This document shows, one piece after another, positions 1 through 13,092 of a stretch of 42,454 bases of DNA. The stretch is from Catajapyx aquilonaris (lineage: Eukaryota). Below the pieces are notes generated by a model. It was given only the letters and a program-made list of their open reading frames with translations. It searched no databases and was not told the origin of the DNA. A program made the translations under genes and the position numbers. Location of the stretch: contig JYFJ02003417.1 of NCBI GenBank assembly GCA_000934665.2, positions 1-42,454 of the forward strand, given 5' to 3'. Numbering within the stretch: the stretch's first letter is position 1; every line of letters begins with the position of its first letter.

Positions 1-108
1 GGACAAAAGCGGACAAAGTGCAACCCCCCTCCCCCCCGTCACTTGTCCGCGCGGATTATGGACGGCCCCATACCCCCCAAAACGGTCACGTGGTATTTGC
101 ACGACCCC
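1..108. mobile_element. Right ends of two nested or adjacent non-autonomous DNA transposons (Zator-like termini)
   Basis: Two related termini: ...GGATTATGGACGGCCCC (ends 69) and ...CACGTGGTATTTGCACGACCCC (ends 108, followed by TAA). Reverse complements begin GGGGCCGTCCATAAT and GGGGTCGTGCAAATA. GG termini with a TWA flank match my recollection of Zator-type ends. Left ends lie outside the window. Confidence 0.45.
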
Positions 109-471
109 TAACCGTAGATACATCACGTTTTACGGGTACGTGAGTAGTCCTCTTCTATTTATTCCTCTGGCTAATAGTTCATTCATAACATCTGACCAGT
201 ATGGATAGCAACATCGCCCTTAGTGTATCAGTAACTCGCTAAAAAGTCGCTCTGCACTTCTATACGTTCGCGCCTGTTGCATTTTATTTCGTAGAAACAC
301 CCGCCCTCTATCAACAAGCAGTCCAACTTCCTGTAATCCCGCAATTTTTTTTTGTACCGCGCTCCTAGTCGTTACCCGCACGGCGTGATCGCAATTTAAT
401 ACTCCAACTGTTGCGAAATCCGATTGAATTTTCACCGACTGTTTGCCCAATCTCTTCACTGAGACGAGTTT

Positions 472-490
472 TTCTCTCTCTCTCTCTCTC
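472..490. repeat. (CT/GA)n microsatellite in the putative 5' UTR; GAGA-factor-type site
   Basis: About 9 TC units ending 30 nt upstream of the ATG at 520. Confidence 0.8.
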
Positions 491-519
491 GCGGTCTTGA
501 TCTCTGGAACACGTACAAA

Positions 520-567
520 ATGGCCATTGGTCCGATCAAATCCGAACCGAGTTTGTCCCCAGTTTCG
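520..567 (+). CDS. Putative first coding exon (MAIGPIKSEPSLSPVS) of a spliced gene
   Basis: Start context CAAAATGG (invertebrate-type Kozak), 16 codons, phase-0 donor TCG|GTACGT at 568, CpG-rich surroundings. Contains IKSE, a psi-K-x-E SUMO consensus common in transcription regulators. Confidence 0.6.
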
Positions 568-1250
568 GTACGTTGTTGTTGTCTGGTTCCCCCGGAGGCG
601 CCCCCGTGCATCAGCTGTCGGCAACCGCAGAGTACCTGCAACAGGATCAATCGGGAGGCCAACTTTGCACCAATTTTCCCTCCGCCAGTGCTCAGCTTCC
701 CTAACGCCCCCAACAGATGGCGAGGTTGTGCTCCGGACTAGAGCCACCTATCGGACGCGTCAGGAAACACCGCAAAGAAAAAAAAAACCGTTGAAAATGT
801 CAAATCTTTGGTACATAACGGTGGTGGCAATGATTTCCCAACCGGCTGTACCACAGGCGAAGACATCTGCATCGATGCGCAATTAAGAAGCACAAGTCCC
901 CTGCGGGGGGGTGGAGCGTAGTAGGATATAGGTTACAGATGATTTGGCGGCGAAAAGGAATCGATCTTCCTTCGGGTTAGCTGGGGGAGCAGAGAGAAAC
1001 TCCAGCAACCACCAGCATCGCTTCGGAGATTTATACCCATGGCAATCCAGTCGTCTGCACGCTTTTTCGTGACAAGTGCCATACTTCGGGGCCTAGGAAC
1101 TCCCCAGGACCAATTTTTGGGAGAGATAACTATTATGAAAGGACGTCAGGACCAGATGACATATTCACGCCATGATTTCTATGAGGATTATTCTGCAGAA
1201 AATTCGTCTAATATGTACCAATAAATGCATTTTACTGCCCTATATTGTTA

Positions 1251-1452
1251 ATGCACATTTATGTAATAACACAATGGAAATTCATCGCTTATTTCCATGT
1301 TCCTTATCCGAGATGGTCTAGCAACATTTTGGGCAACTTGATTCGGAAAGGTCAAAAACAACGACTGACCTAAATAACTCGGAAATGTATCTATGAATTT
1401 CCATGGACAGAAAAAACGTTGATTTTTGTTGCATAGTGTAATTATAGTGCAT
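1251..1452. mobile_element. Small degenerate fold-back element (MITE-like)
   Basis: Ends ATGCAC...GTGCAT. The arm at 1275-1306 (TGGAAATTCATCGCTTATTTCCATGTTCCTTA) is an imperfect inverted copy of about 1370-1403. The right arm also matches about 36105-36180, so it is a dispersed repeat. Confidence 0.55.
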
Positions 1453-3461
1453 AATTATGCGATGCATGGTGTTAACATGGTTAATATTTATTTGGGAGGT
1501 ATAGCACAAATAATTGGGCCTGTGGGACCCATGTATAGGTCTAGCGTGGATGATAGGCCTAATGTGGCTTATAGATCAAAAAGTCAAATGTCAGTCAGTA
1601 ACATTTGCACTGACTTGTAGGCTGTGAATGTGAATTTTTGTATCGCATTTCACATGTAAATAATGTCCCCATGCATGCTACAAAGGTGATTTGGCAACAT
1701 CAGAAATTCATGTGGGATTTGATCCAAGCCCCAATTACCTTTCAACAGGCACCAGTGCGACACAAATATCAATCCAGCAGCCTCTTGCGTACAAAAAAAA
1801 AGCGTGCTGATTTTTCCAGATTTTTACTCAAATATCGGCGTGTGGGATGCGGATCAAAGGATTACTGCATAGTTTGTAAATTAATTAAAAATCACATTTG
1901 TAATTCGGCCAGTAGTCCAAATTCGTGTTTGAAAAATAATTACCAATTGCGACGCTTCACCTATTCGCAAGTTATGTACAGGGTGATTCAGAACTGAGCA
2001 GTTTTACAAACACGGAGTAATAGTAAACACTACAACCGCACTAATTGAATAGTGTGTCTAGGTTAATGCTTGTATGGCCGCCATCATCTGTAAATAAAAC
2101 TGATGATTGGCAACGTCAAGCGATTGAATTATTGTGCAGCAGTATCCGAATGAAGTAATCAAAGTGGCCGATCACACCGCCACAGCATAGTTTTACAAAA
2201 TGCCGGAGGGAATATCATGGATGGAAACCCTTCCATTGTGTGTCTCCTGAAATAATAATTGTGCACTGTGCAGAGCGATATGCATGATCGACGATCAATT
2301 CTTGAAGGAACCTATAGCATACTGTGCGACCTTGTACAGAACAGTTACAGTGCTCGGTTCCCTTTGAAACCTTATCCTACGTAAACTGTGACATGTTTAT
2401 ATTTCCGTATGTACTCGGAAGTACAATTTCCTCTTCCTTGAGTGAAAAAAATGTCCACTTATTTTTCCACTTAAAATAGTAGAACATTTCTACACAATTT
2501 TTCACATAATTGATACAACTCATAAATTTTCTTCATAATGATATATAGAAAAATTAATCGTGTTGGCTGCAACATTTAGTTTTTTGAGCGTGTGACTCAG
2601 GCACTATTAGGCCTCACAACGGGCGATAATGGGCTTCCAAAAATATGAAAGGTGGTCCAAAAATGTGTGCCTTTACTTTGTGAGTGTGCGCACGTGAATT
2701 ATAAAGTCTCGTCACCCCGGCCAGAGCTATCTGCAAAATTCAGTATCGAGCGTGGGACAGGGACTCCCAAAGGTTTCAAGTACGCCAGACACGCCCGCAT
2801 AATCATGTGTTTCACACTTTTACATTATCGGATACCGCTTTTCCCACTTTCTGTGACGGATAACTGCGACACTTGGAAGTGCTACTTTCGAATTTTGCAC
2901 CCGACATCAGGGCTCCAAAGTTGTCAAAATTGGTCCAAAAATAGTGCGATACGTATAAGGTGCGACAATGTTGCGTACATGAGGTGCGCACACACTCTGT
3001 GACAAAAGGAATTGGATCACACTCTGGGCTTTGGGGCGCTGCAAATTTTTTGCGATTCCCTCTTCTCCAATAGGGTCAAGGTAACTTCGACCCTGAACGG
3101 GAGCAAAATATTCCCGGAACCTTGCTTGTCAAGGTTTTTGGGGGCCGTAACAAACAACATGTGGTGTACTCGATTGGTAAAGAAATATGTACAATTCATT
3201 TGCATAGTTTCGTGCAATGGGTTGGTTTCATGGTCAGCACTTGTCAACTATCATTCTTGAGCTAAATCAAACCTGATTAGGCATTTATCAAAATTATGGT
3301 TTCAATTGCAAACGGCACAAGTCAGGCGGAAATATGCATGATTATCTGCACTTACACATTATTATTTAATTTTGCTGCATAACATACAGTACTTATAGAG
3401 TGAACTTTGCTCCTTTCTACTTGCTTTCATTTGGACAAATTATTTTTCTTGCAAATATATG

Positions 3462-3536
3462 GTACCTCTTTCTCTCAAATTGAAACATGAATAGACAAGA
3501 TGTCTATTCATGTTTCAATTTGAGAGAAAGAGGTAC
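3462..3536. repeat. Perfect inverted repeat with 36-bp arms and a 3-nt spacer
   Basis: GTACCTCTTTCTCTCAAATTGAAACATGAATAGACA (3462-3497) + AGA + its exact reverse complement (3501-3536). Confidence 0.95.
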
Positions 3537-6500
3537 GGTTTGAGAGGTACGGCCTGTTAGGTGCTCATTATGCATTTATATAGTACTGCTGAGCTTCTAA
3601 ACCGTCGGTTTATAAGCCTACCAAGGTACCTTCATAACAATGCCATTAAAGCTAGTCAGACCTAATTGTGCCACTAATGAGGATAAATTCTGGTTTCGTC
3701 TTACCAAAGGACAAGGAATCGCTCCTACGTAATGTCAGTAGGCTTATATTTATGGTGTGCTTTTAAAATGCTTGGATGGAAATTCACCAAAAAAATACCA
3801 TCTGAGATTGGACTATTTCAGTAGGCTATTCGAAATTCACCTCCCTGAAGTGACGTTACAAACGGATTATCATAAGCTACCATAGAACAGTATGGGTACC
3901 TAGACACTAGGGTCAGAGTGGTGCCTACCAATATTATCGCTTTCATGCCAATTAATACCCATTTTCTGAAATGCTGGTTCCTTATCGGTAGCACTCTAAT
4001 TACTTCGATGACCAGCAACTGATAATGGAGAGGTATGGATGAGTGAGTCCTATAGAGTCTCATAGATAAATAACAGGGTGAAGGTAGCCTTCTATAGTTT
4101 GACATGTTGCGCAACCACAGATTAGATGATGAATGCTAGAGAGCGGAAACTTCCACATTTTCAGCCTCTTTTGAAAATTTTCCTTTGCCTTTCATTCTCC
4201 CCCATCGTAGAGTGCACCTACAGACGCGATCGAGCCGCGATATCTACGTCATCATGACCAAATCTCAAGACACCGCCCCAATTCTTACAATGACTCAGTC
4301 TGAAACCAATGAAATTTGCCAAATATTAATTAGAACCTGCGCACAATGCATAAGCCCGTACCCTACTTAGCCCATTGTGTACCATGCAAGTCCCCTCTAA
4401 TGCCTCCTTCCTATACACACCGGAAACCTCTAATGAAATTATGCAAGGCCAAGTGACTTTAGGGCGAACGACAAGAATACTCCCTTTCTGGTTCCATTCT
4501 ACAAATGGCCGCGAAGATGATCTCGTTATCTCACCCGTCAACTCCGACAACGCTCACCGCCAGGTCGCAGCAGTGTGTACCGAGCAAGATGCTTACTTAT
4601 GACACCCCCAAGCCTCTCTAGAGAGATGGGCTTATAATCGCATTGGTTTAGTCACGCATGGATCCCGCGAGTGTTCACGAACTGCAACAGGTGCTGGCAC
4701 AAGCCTCACAGCTGAAGCAACATTTTGCTGGTCCATAACCCTTTTCTTTTACTGTGAAAACGCCATTTTCATCGGATTCTGCTCAGCGTTTTACTACAGA
4801 TGGTAATGGCCCACCTGCTGGAATATAGCCGCGCTAACAGACGCGCGAAAAACTTCAGCAATATCATTGGCATACAGCAATGAAATGTGATGAACTACAG
4901 TCCTAAACATGGAGGCATGCCTAGTTCATCTAATAACAGTTAGGTTGTCAAATAAAGTGTATTTAGTTGCCTAATTTGTTCAAAAGTAACTGCTACTTGA
5001 CCATACCATAATGGCCGCCATAGTTGCTCCGACTTCAGATGGCGTCGCTGCTATACAGTATGGCTTCTGAGCCATTACCACACAGTGGAATGCACGCAAT
5101 AACACAAGATAGCCCCTGGGGAGGGTGTTGCAGTGACCGGCGCGTCGAAATTGAAGAAACCCTTCAAGATAATAGGTCCTATAAGGAAGTGGCCTTCAAG
5201 GGACGAATCTGAGAGAAGAGCTTCAGGGCAGAACGCGCTTGTGTGATGAAGACGAATGGCTTTGGCGCGCTTCAGAGAGCGTTTGTTCTCAACAAAGAGG
5301 ACGAGTCATCAATAACTCTCACCTACCCTCGTCTCCATCCAGCAGGCAGCACCCTACCCTCCCTATTCATTCTGGGTGCATGTTACGCATAGCACGTGTT
5401 CTACAAACCAATTACTATTATTACTATGCCCATTTGCGAATTGCGCCCAGGACCATTGCTGTCATCTTGAAAATAGCGGTTATTTCTGTTAAAGGAGTTC
5501 AGAGGGGGGGGGGGGTTGGAAATAATTGGTCCCAGTGTTTTTGGCTCATGTTCTCCCATTTTCTGGAGGGAATGATGGGGATTTGGTACGTGAGGGAGCA
5601 CCTGTAACGAATAACGAGGTCTGGAGCCATTTTCGAGCACATGCACACACTATATGAGAGGCCTTAAAGCTGGGAAAGCTGTCGCCATAAAGCATACCAG
5701 CAATTCCTGCCGGTCTTCTGCGATGTAATTGCGGGAGCGTTAAGTCCGCAAATTCCATCATGGCTATTTCAGTGACGCATTTGGCATAACAAGATTTTTC
5801 CAGAGTGGGCAGGTAATATTTGACTAACAGCTATCACTGTTATTTAAAAGTAGCATGCAATTACGTCACTCCGCCCATTAATAGGAGGTCCCGGCTTTGT
5901 TAATCGACTAGTGACACCAGTACCTTTTGATGACCCTGTCATATTTAAAGCATGTGTATACACGTGTGGAACGTCATCGATTTCCGTGTGCGAGGTGATG
6001 CATTTCACGCAAACAATCCACACGTCCCTGCACAGCGTTCATGCGGTCGACGCTTTAAATAAATATAATTAGCCTATTGGCCTGAACCACAATCCACACC
6101 CGTTCGATTCAGAAATGTTGACATGGTGCACCATATGCCCTTTTTGGGAGAAAACATCTCGTTTCAATTTGTACCAACCTAAGCCCGAATCGCCATCTTT
6201 GACGCAGTTAGAATGGCCATTACTGGACTCGGAAGTGCAATTACAACCCCCCTTGACGACCTGTAGATACAGCTGGAAAAAGGAATCGGATCGAAGCAGC
6301 AGGGGCCGGCTTGGATTCAAGAGAAGAATGGCATGCCTGCGGAAGAAGGCGCGTGCTGTTGGCCTGGAAACCGAAACTTGCTGCTGTTGGACCAACTCGA
6401 CGAAAAAGTTTCTTTACCAGAAAACGGTTCTTCTTTTTTTCCCCACCGAAGCTAGACTTATGCTCAATGACTCACCACGGACACGTGAACAAACAAGTTC

Positions 6501-8428
6501 CATTTTGAGATGGGGGAGAAGACTACAGAGAAAAAAAATATAGCCTAAAGTTTGAAGTTTTCAAGATGGCGGAGAGGTCGTTTCCGGCCTGACGAGTTGA
6601 TTCAACGTTTGGGTGCAGTGGCGCAGGAAGTTGGGTGCAGGGTACATTGTACGACCTTCTTCGGTCTGATGGAACCAGGTGGAGTTGTTTTACAGTGCTC
6701 GAGGTGGAAGGTTCCATTTGTCTTATGTTAGATTAGGGAGGAATGAGACACGATGGGACATGAGGAACGTGTCTAGTCTGGGTAGCTTCCTGACCAGGAC
6801 CTTGCCCATTCCGGTTCAGACTCTGACCTAAATATCATCTGGTTTCAGTCAGAAGAGCGTCATGCTGAGTCAGGTTGGACATACAAAATTGCAAGGTTCT
6901 AAAAAAGTTCTCATGAGAATCGACGCACTTTCATTTGTAAAACAATGCCTAATATATGAAAGAGAACAATTTCATGTATAATATTTTCTCTTCGAAGTAA
7001 ATAGTGAGCAAGTAGTCTGGACACTAACTGTAAGACAGGATTGTCAGCAAGCAGGACTATATCATCGCGTAGGTGTAACTGCGCAGATAGATATCAGATT
7101 GATCATGGCCATCATGAGCGATTCCTAGAACGCCGCTCTATATACCGTTGCCTTTTTTGTCTGATATAACAGAACAAATGAACTGGGGACAAAAGGTGCC
7201 CCTTGCATTAAGGGTGTTGACAAGCACATGAGAGCAGAGGTTTTCCAGAGAAATCGAGACATTTGGGCGAGGACACTGAGGAGTTAACGGGAAAATGGGA
7301 TGCGAGGGATGCTCGCTCTCGCTATATGACCTTTACATTTTGAGTGATGATAATTTTGAGAGGACGACTATACACAGGATTATACTGTATACATCTCAGA
7401 ATATTCAGTATATAACAGGAAAAACCAATTGAATGGAGATGTCTCCAGAGTTCTCCTATAAAAAGGCTTTTGAAAGATCAAAGAAAACCAAAAACAGTTT
7501 ACTGTCTATATTTCTGAACTAGTGCGCATAAAGTGTATATGTGGTCCACACAAAGACTCCCACTAAGAAAAGCAGCTTTGCATTCAGGAAAAATGGAGGT
7601 AAATTCACTCCATTTCAAATATTTTTGACCCGAGTGGAAGTACTGTGTATACGTAATTTACATATCGTATAATTAGAAGTATGATTCTACAATTTTATGA
7701 GAAAAGTAGCCTTTTACAAGTATCTTTTACCCTTTCAAAAAGTACCCTACGTCACATACGTGGCAGTCAAAATTATGTGCTACTATACCACTGTCCGTCT
7801 TGCGTGGTTTCTGCGCACATGACACCATAGAATGTCACTTCGGTTTAAAACTTTAATTCTGATAATGCTTACTTGCCTACCTCCCACACAGGGGGTGTTT
7901 CGCACCATTTTATCAGGGGCTCACTCGCGTTCTCTGAAAACTCTTGAGAGCCATATCGATGGTTGTTTTGTCTACTAAGTAGCCTAGTCACTCAAGCGGT
8001 AAAGGTCTTTTTGAGGACAAGCAAAAAGTGATATCGCATTTCCTCTTTTCTTCTATTATCTCCCCATCTCTTTTCATTGTACATCTTCTTATAACCAGAT
8101 AGCCTTAGAAGCTTTGTCTCCTTCCCACTCACACAATAAATCAAACCAGGTCTCATCTCATAATGGTCGTACAGTATACCATATCAAAATTAAAATGGCC
8201 GATTTCCACACTCCCGCCACCTTCCGTAGCGTCCTCGAAACTGAGCCTCTCCCATCAATCCTGCAAATTCACGCCCATTTTTTCCATTTCCCAAATGGCG
8301 GCCTAACACCGTGACAAACCGCTCTATTCATCCAGTCAAAGATGGCCGTCCAAGCCCATAAGCGTAACTCGTTTCCAACCCAACGAATTCACTCAGCACT
8401 GCCACTTTCTACTGACACTGAAAGCAAG

Positions 8429-8761
8429 CTAAAAATGGCTTTCCCCCATATCTCTTGTGCTGGAGACCAAAGATGGACACCCCCTGGAACGTGACAAACA
8501 AGCGGCCCGGGGATAAGATCGACCCAGAGTTTGGTGTTGTAGGCCCGGCGCAGTGTACAACGTCGTCTCTATTCCCATGCCAGCCGCAAAATGAATCTCT
8601 CTCTTATCCGAAATGACAGTCAACGTGGCCTCCGCGTTCTCGACCATACTCAAAGGGGAGATGAAATTTTCATAAATTCTGGCGGGTTTAGAGCAGTCTG
8701 CGCCACGTCTTGTATATTCATGCTGCTCGGATTCTGAAGTTATAAAGGTGTTGTGCTCAGC
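8429..8761 (-). CDS. Candidate terminal exon on the minus strand (AEHNTFITSE...DMGESHF*), product unknown
   Basis: Strong acceptor TTATACATTTATCTTTTTCAG followed by 110 open codons in phase 0. No recognisable domain. Confidence 0.25.
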   Translation of the reverse strand, partial: AEHNTFITSESEQHEYTRRGADCSKPARIYENFISPLSMVENAEATLTVISDKREIHFAAGMGIETTLYTAPGLQHQTLGRSYPRAACLSRSRGCPSLVSSTRDMGESHF

Positions 8762-11418
8762 CTGAAAAAGATAAATGTATAACAAGCTCGCGCTAATGCG
8801 TGCCGTTGCTCCAGGGTGTTCACACATTGCACTGCTAAATTGCGCACTTGATCGTATCGGGGATGCTAACACTTGCACCTAAGAGCTAGAACTGCTGTTG
8901 ACATTGTTACAATAGAGCAAGAATTGCGTTAATTAGTTGCAGCTTTAAAAACATATTCACTTTCATGCAATTTCGTACGTGTAACGCATACTATCGAAAG
9001 TCTAATCTGCCCTTGAATATGTGCTTAATCAGTGCATGTGCGCCGCAAATTAAATCAACGGTTCAGCCATAATACTACAGCCCAATGCAGTGCCCGTTAG
9101 AAGCTAATTTGTTCCCGAATGGAGCAGTTTTATCAAAAATTCATTGCCCCATGGCATTTGGGTTCGCCTCTCGGATTCATTGTCCGCAGTGGTGGTGTAT
9201 TAATACCCCCATATTTTTTTAAAGGTATAAAACGGTTTCTATGGCACTTAATATCAAAGACCGTGCGAATCTACAGCATATGCCAGACGCATAAACATCA
9301 TACGGACGCGACATCAAAGCTAAGGTTATTGAATTCGCCCGAGCCTTGATACTCGCATTTCCTTCTTGAATAGAAGGTGGATGCTTACAAGATTCCATCT
9401 ATGTCACCTGCCTTCACAACCAGCCAGATTGCATCTTTTCTCTTTGTCTTCCTGCTCGCTGAACCGAATTGAAAAGGCGCCGTTTGAACCGTGCTCAATC
9501 TCTACATATAGGCACGGTTGTTGTCCCTGCTGGCTAATCAGCAACCTGTGGCGTTTCATCCAGTGAAAAATCCGATTTCGTCCTATCTATAATATTAAAA
9601 AACCCTTTGTTGTACGCCCGACGCTTCCCCCTTCTGCGCCTGAGCAACAGGGGTAGGCAGCGCCTCTGGTGGACGTCAGGATGCACTAGTGTGCATATAC
9701 TCATAATATGACCTAATTCCTTCCAAAATATTTCCTAGTGTGTTCCACCCAAACTTCTGGCGAGGATCCCAGCAGATAATTACGAGCATGGGATGTGCCA
9801 GGCATACGACAATGCTGCTCAAGCATTTGGATGGAGGGTAGGTGAATTAAACTTCCTCAGCCTGTTCCCGCGGCTTCAAATCAGCAGGGGAAGCTAGGAG
9901 GAAAGGCCCTATACAACCTCGAAAACCTGCAGAATCCGGAGAAACGCGGGATGAAAAGGGGGCCCCGGAGAACCTCAAATTCGGGCAAGAAATGAAAGGC
10001 GGAGGCAATCCTGAGGCCGCCTTTAGGTTCACATCATTCTACCTCCACCGTCTCCTCTCCCTACCATCCCCCTCTTCAAAATCCTCATTGATTGCCTTTT
10101 AAATGAAAGTGCTGGCAGAGACCCTCGGAGCAATTTACAAACCAATCGGCCATCGATCGGCAATTACCAGGCGGGGAGTGTGGCTAGGATTGTAGTAGTA
10201 ATAGATACCGTGGATGGTGCATTTAGATAGTGTACATACAGGCTGAGGACTTGTCGTTTTTTTCGGGTCGTAATTCTGAGGCAATATGGTTTCGAGATAA
10301 TGACGTCAGTGTGCTGGTCCGGACGCGATTGTGGTGAGGAACAGCGAGGCAAACAGGCTTTGTGAGCAGTTATAGCAGCGTAGAAATAACGGTGATTATG
10401 GGTAGGTTATCAGGACCGTGAATTTTCTTCCCAAAATGTCTAGAAAGCTGTGAATCATCATACATCACATTTCTCTATAAGAGTTAGTCACATGCTAATG
10501 AAGGCAGAAAAGTCTGGCTATGTGGCTCCTTATGAAAGAACTTCACGAGGCAATAAAGCAGAAATTACTAATTTCTGGTAAAACACACTTTAAATCGACA
10601 AAATTGAATATACCGACAATATGTTAATAAATGAAATGTAAGCAAAACCAAGAGCAACTATTAGTTGTAAACGTCAAGTGCATTTATCTTATTTAGGACC
10701 ATGTAGCCAGCGAGTTCCATCAAGCACGTGCATAGCACATGGCCCACATTTTTTGGACTTTGATGAATCGAACTTTCCTCTAAAACTGCAAGAGTTGTGA
10801 TCGATACTTAGAGCTACGTGTCATACTGTTATATATGTACTTTTTTCAGTTTTGGGTGGAAGTTGGTCCAGCTAAAGGGACCTCTGCCACACACTGCCCA
10901 GGCTTCCTGATTTATTGTCAGATTCGTCTCCGTCAATAGCTCTCCCAGAATCTGAACGTCCGCCAACGGATGATGAAAGACCCACCGATATCTTTGGGAT
11001 AAGCCTCTTTATTGTGCTAGCCCATGTCACAAAAGCAATACCAGGCCTATAGCCAGTTTTTCGATACAGAAGCTGGCCCACGTCGTCGCGCCGCACAAAA
11101 TTAATTGAATTTTTTTGTTGTCTTGCTATTGAATTTGCTATCAGGGCCGCCTATAACGAGATGTTCTATGTGAAACCGCCGCATAAGGAGACTCCAATTG
11201 GACAATAGATTGAGCCGATACAGTTCCCTCGTTATATGGCCTCCTCGGATTACCAGCACAAAATGCGGCAGCACATGAGAGATAACGAGTGTAATGAGTG
11301 CCCTTCCTCTTTCCCTACACAACATCGCCTAAGTCGGCCAAATGGGTCGGAACAGTCGCTATATCCGATAGTCTATAGCTCGTGACAAGAGAGTTCCGGA
11401 CACCATGCTGGTTTATGC

Positions 11419-11550
11419 CAGGGTTGAGCCAATCCCAGGGAGGGTTTCGTGGCTGCAGCCAATCCTGGGGAGGATTCGGGCTGCAGCCAATCACGGGGAG
11501 GGTTCGGGCTGCAGCCAATCACGGGGAGAAATTGCTGGCTACGACCAATA
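11419..11550 (+). repeat. Degenerate tandem repeat (28-30 bp) with five CCAAT boxes, probably part of a non-autonomous DNA element
   Basis: Unit approximately GGCTGCAGCCAATCACGGGGAGGGTTCG. CCAAT at 11429, 11459, 11487, 11515 and 11545. Confidence 0.85.
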
Positions 11551-13047
11551 GACTGCCCTGGATGCGCAGAGTATTCACCGTAGCCTTCCAGTCAAATGTG
11601 GACTTCTCCCATTTTTCGTCCCATACATAATATGGATATCTATGAGAAGGTATATGTTCCTGTTTGGGTTATATGGCAACCTATATAGCGGCCAGAATCA
11701 CGGGGGGTCTCTCCCAGCAACTGGCTTGAGGTGAGGACGTAAACGCACGTCCTCATCTTCTGGTCTAGGGTTTTTGTTGCCTTGGGTGCTGCTAGCAAGC
11801 CTTCCGAGAAGAGACGGCGGGGGGCTTGGGACGTTGAGAGGGTGGGATTAATGGTGCTTCTAGAAGACGGAAGTGTTCGTCGCCATCCTAGAAGCTGCTT
11901 TCACTATGCCATTAACGGAGATGTGTAACGCTCAAGTCTGGGGGAGTTACGAGGCGTTAACCCAAGGCCCTCTCTAAAATAACCGTCACGCGTAGTTTCC
12001 AACAGGAAAGGTCCAAACATGGTGGCTTCGAATTAATTTCTTTCCGGATTACCAGATTTAGAGAGGTTCCCTTGGCGTAGGCGGATCAAAACTGATGGGT
12101 GGGGACAGTTTTGCGCCAAAACGTTTGTAAAGCAATGAGATGCTGCAAATAGTGCAAAACTATGTTAATTTGACCTCTAAAAATGGGATCGGTTTGGCAA
12201 GCTTCATAATGCTGGGTGCGCTTAATGTAATGCGATTGTTCGGATAACCTGTTCTGCGGCTGGTGTGACGATAAAAACGAGGGAACGTAGATAACTTCAT
12301 ATGGTAGGCTACCATGTAATTCGATAAGGATTTTTTACGGGTGTCCTATAAGTACCGGATTAAATTGGTTTTATTAATGAGGGTAATCAACAAGTGACAT
12401 CAACAAAGTTGCTTTGTAATATTGTTGATGCAAATCTGTTATGCACAGTGAAGGTGCAAAAGCAGGTCATTTTATTGAACCCTATATCCACAGGTATATT
12501 CCGCTTCTACAGTAGTCATCAATTATTTTCCAACAAATTCTGTCACCTTTGTCATTGTTATTGTGCCTCGCATAGTAATAAAAATTTGGCGTCACTTGGA
12601 CCTTTACAAATTGGAATATACACCCATTTGTGTAGCATTTGAACAAAGAGGCATAAAATTCTATATTTTATGTGGTAGTGCACTTATGGAAGTGCCATCA
12701 TGTAAACAGGAGCAAATATTACTAAAAAATTAAACACGTAATTAGCTTTAATTCATTTTTATTTAATTTTTATAATTTTGTAATTTTATATTATGATGTT
12801 AACAGTAAGAAATGACTCACGCACATTTTAATTTTACGTCTCATGCTCATGTGCCCCTTTTGCTCCACATTTTGTAATGGCTGTATATATATGCCCAGTA
12901 ATAAACACACCCTTCCCTCTAAAAATACGCGATCGTTTGTAGGTTTACTCTCAGCGAAACTTGTGGGTCGCCCCTCATGTAAGTAGCTTAACTTGGTGCT
13001 CTGCGTGGCATAACCGCTTTCGCCATAGCTCTCCAAAACGTGTCATT

Positions 13048-13092
13048 AACAAGGCATGAATATGCCTTGTTGAAGTCGCAAAATTAGTCTAG
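13048..13092 (+). mobile_element. Helitron/Helentron-like 3' terminus
   Basis: 10-bp stem hairpin AACAAGGCAT-GAAT-ATGCCTTGTT (13048-13071), then CTAG|T 17 nt later. The 5' end was not identified. Confidence 0.45.

Noticed and set aside
220..886. Overlapping ORFs of 175, 147 and 85 aa, including an integrase-like 'GDKLGSDLIGPM' on the minus strand
   Set aside because: No following retroviral integrase motifs or DDE residues. The stretch is the antisense of the better-supported exon 520-567 in a GC-rich region that is poor in stop codons.
5150..5427. Possible LINE/SINE 3' end (TAGCACG followed by a TTA-like tail, as in SINE copy 2)
   Set aside because: Only a 7-nt match plus a short degenerate tail. 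No RT-like frame or TSD.
6069..6717. ORFs of 108, 142 and 64 aa, and a CTGACGA hammerhead-like core at about 6589
   Set aside because: No recognisable domains or consistent splice pair. The core is followed by GTTT rather than the required GAAA.
9861..10026. Exon-like purine-rich segment after TTCCTCAG
   Set aside because: More than one frame stays open and there is no good donor, so it cannot be told from chance. It shows the false-positive risk for the exon calls.
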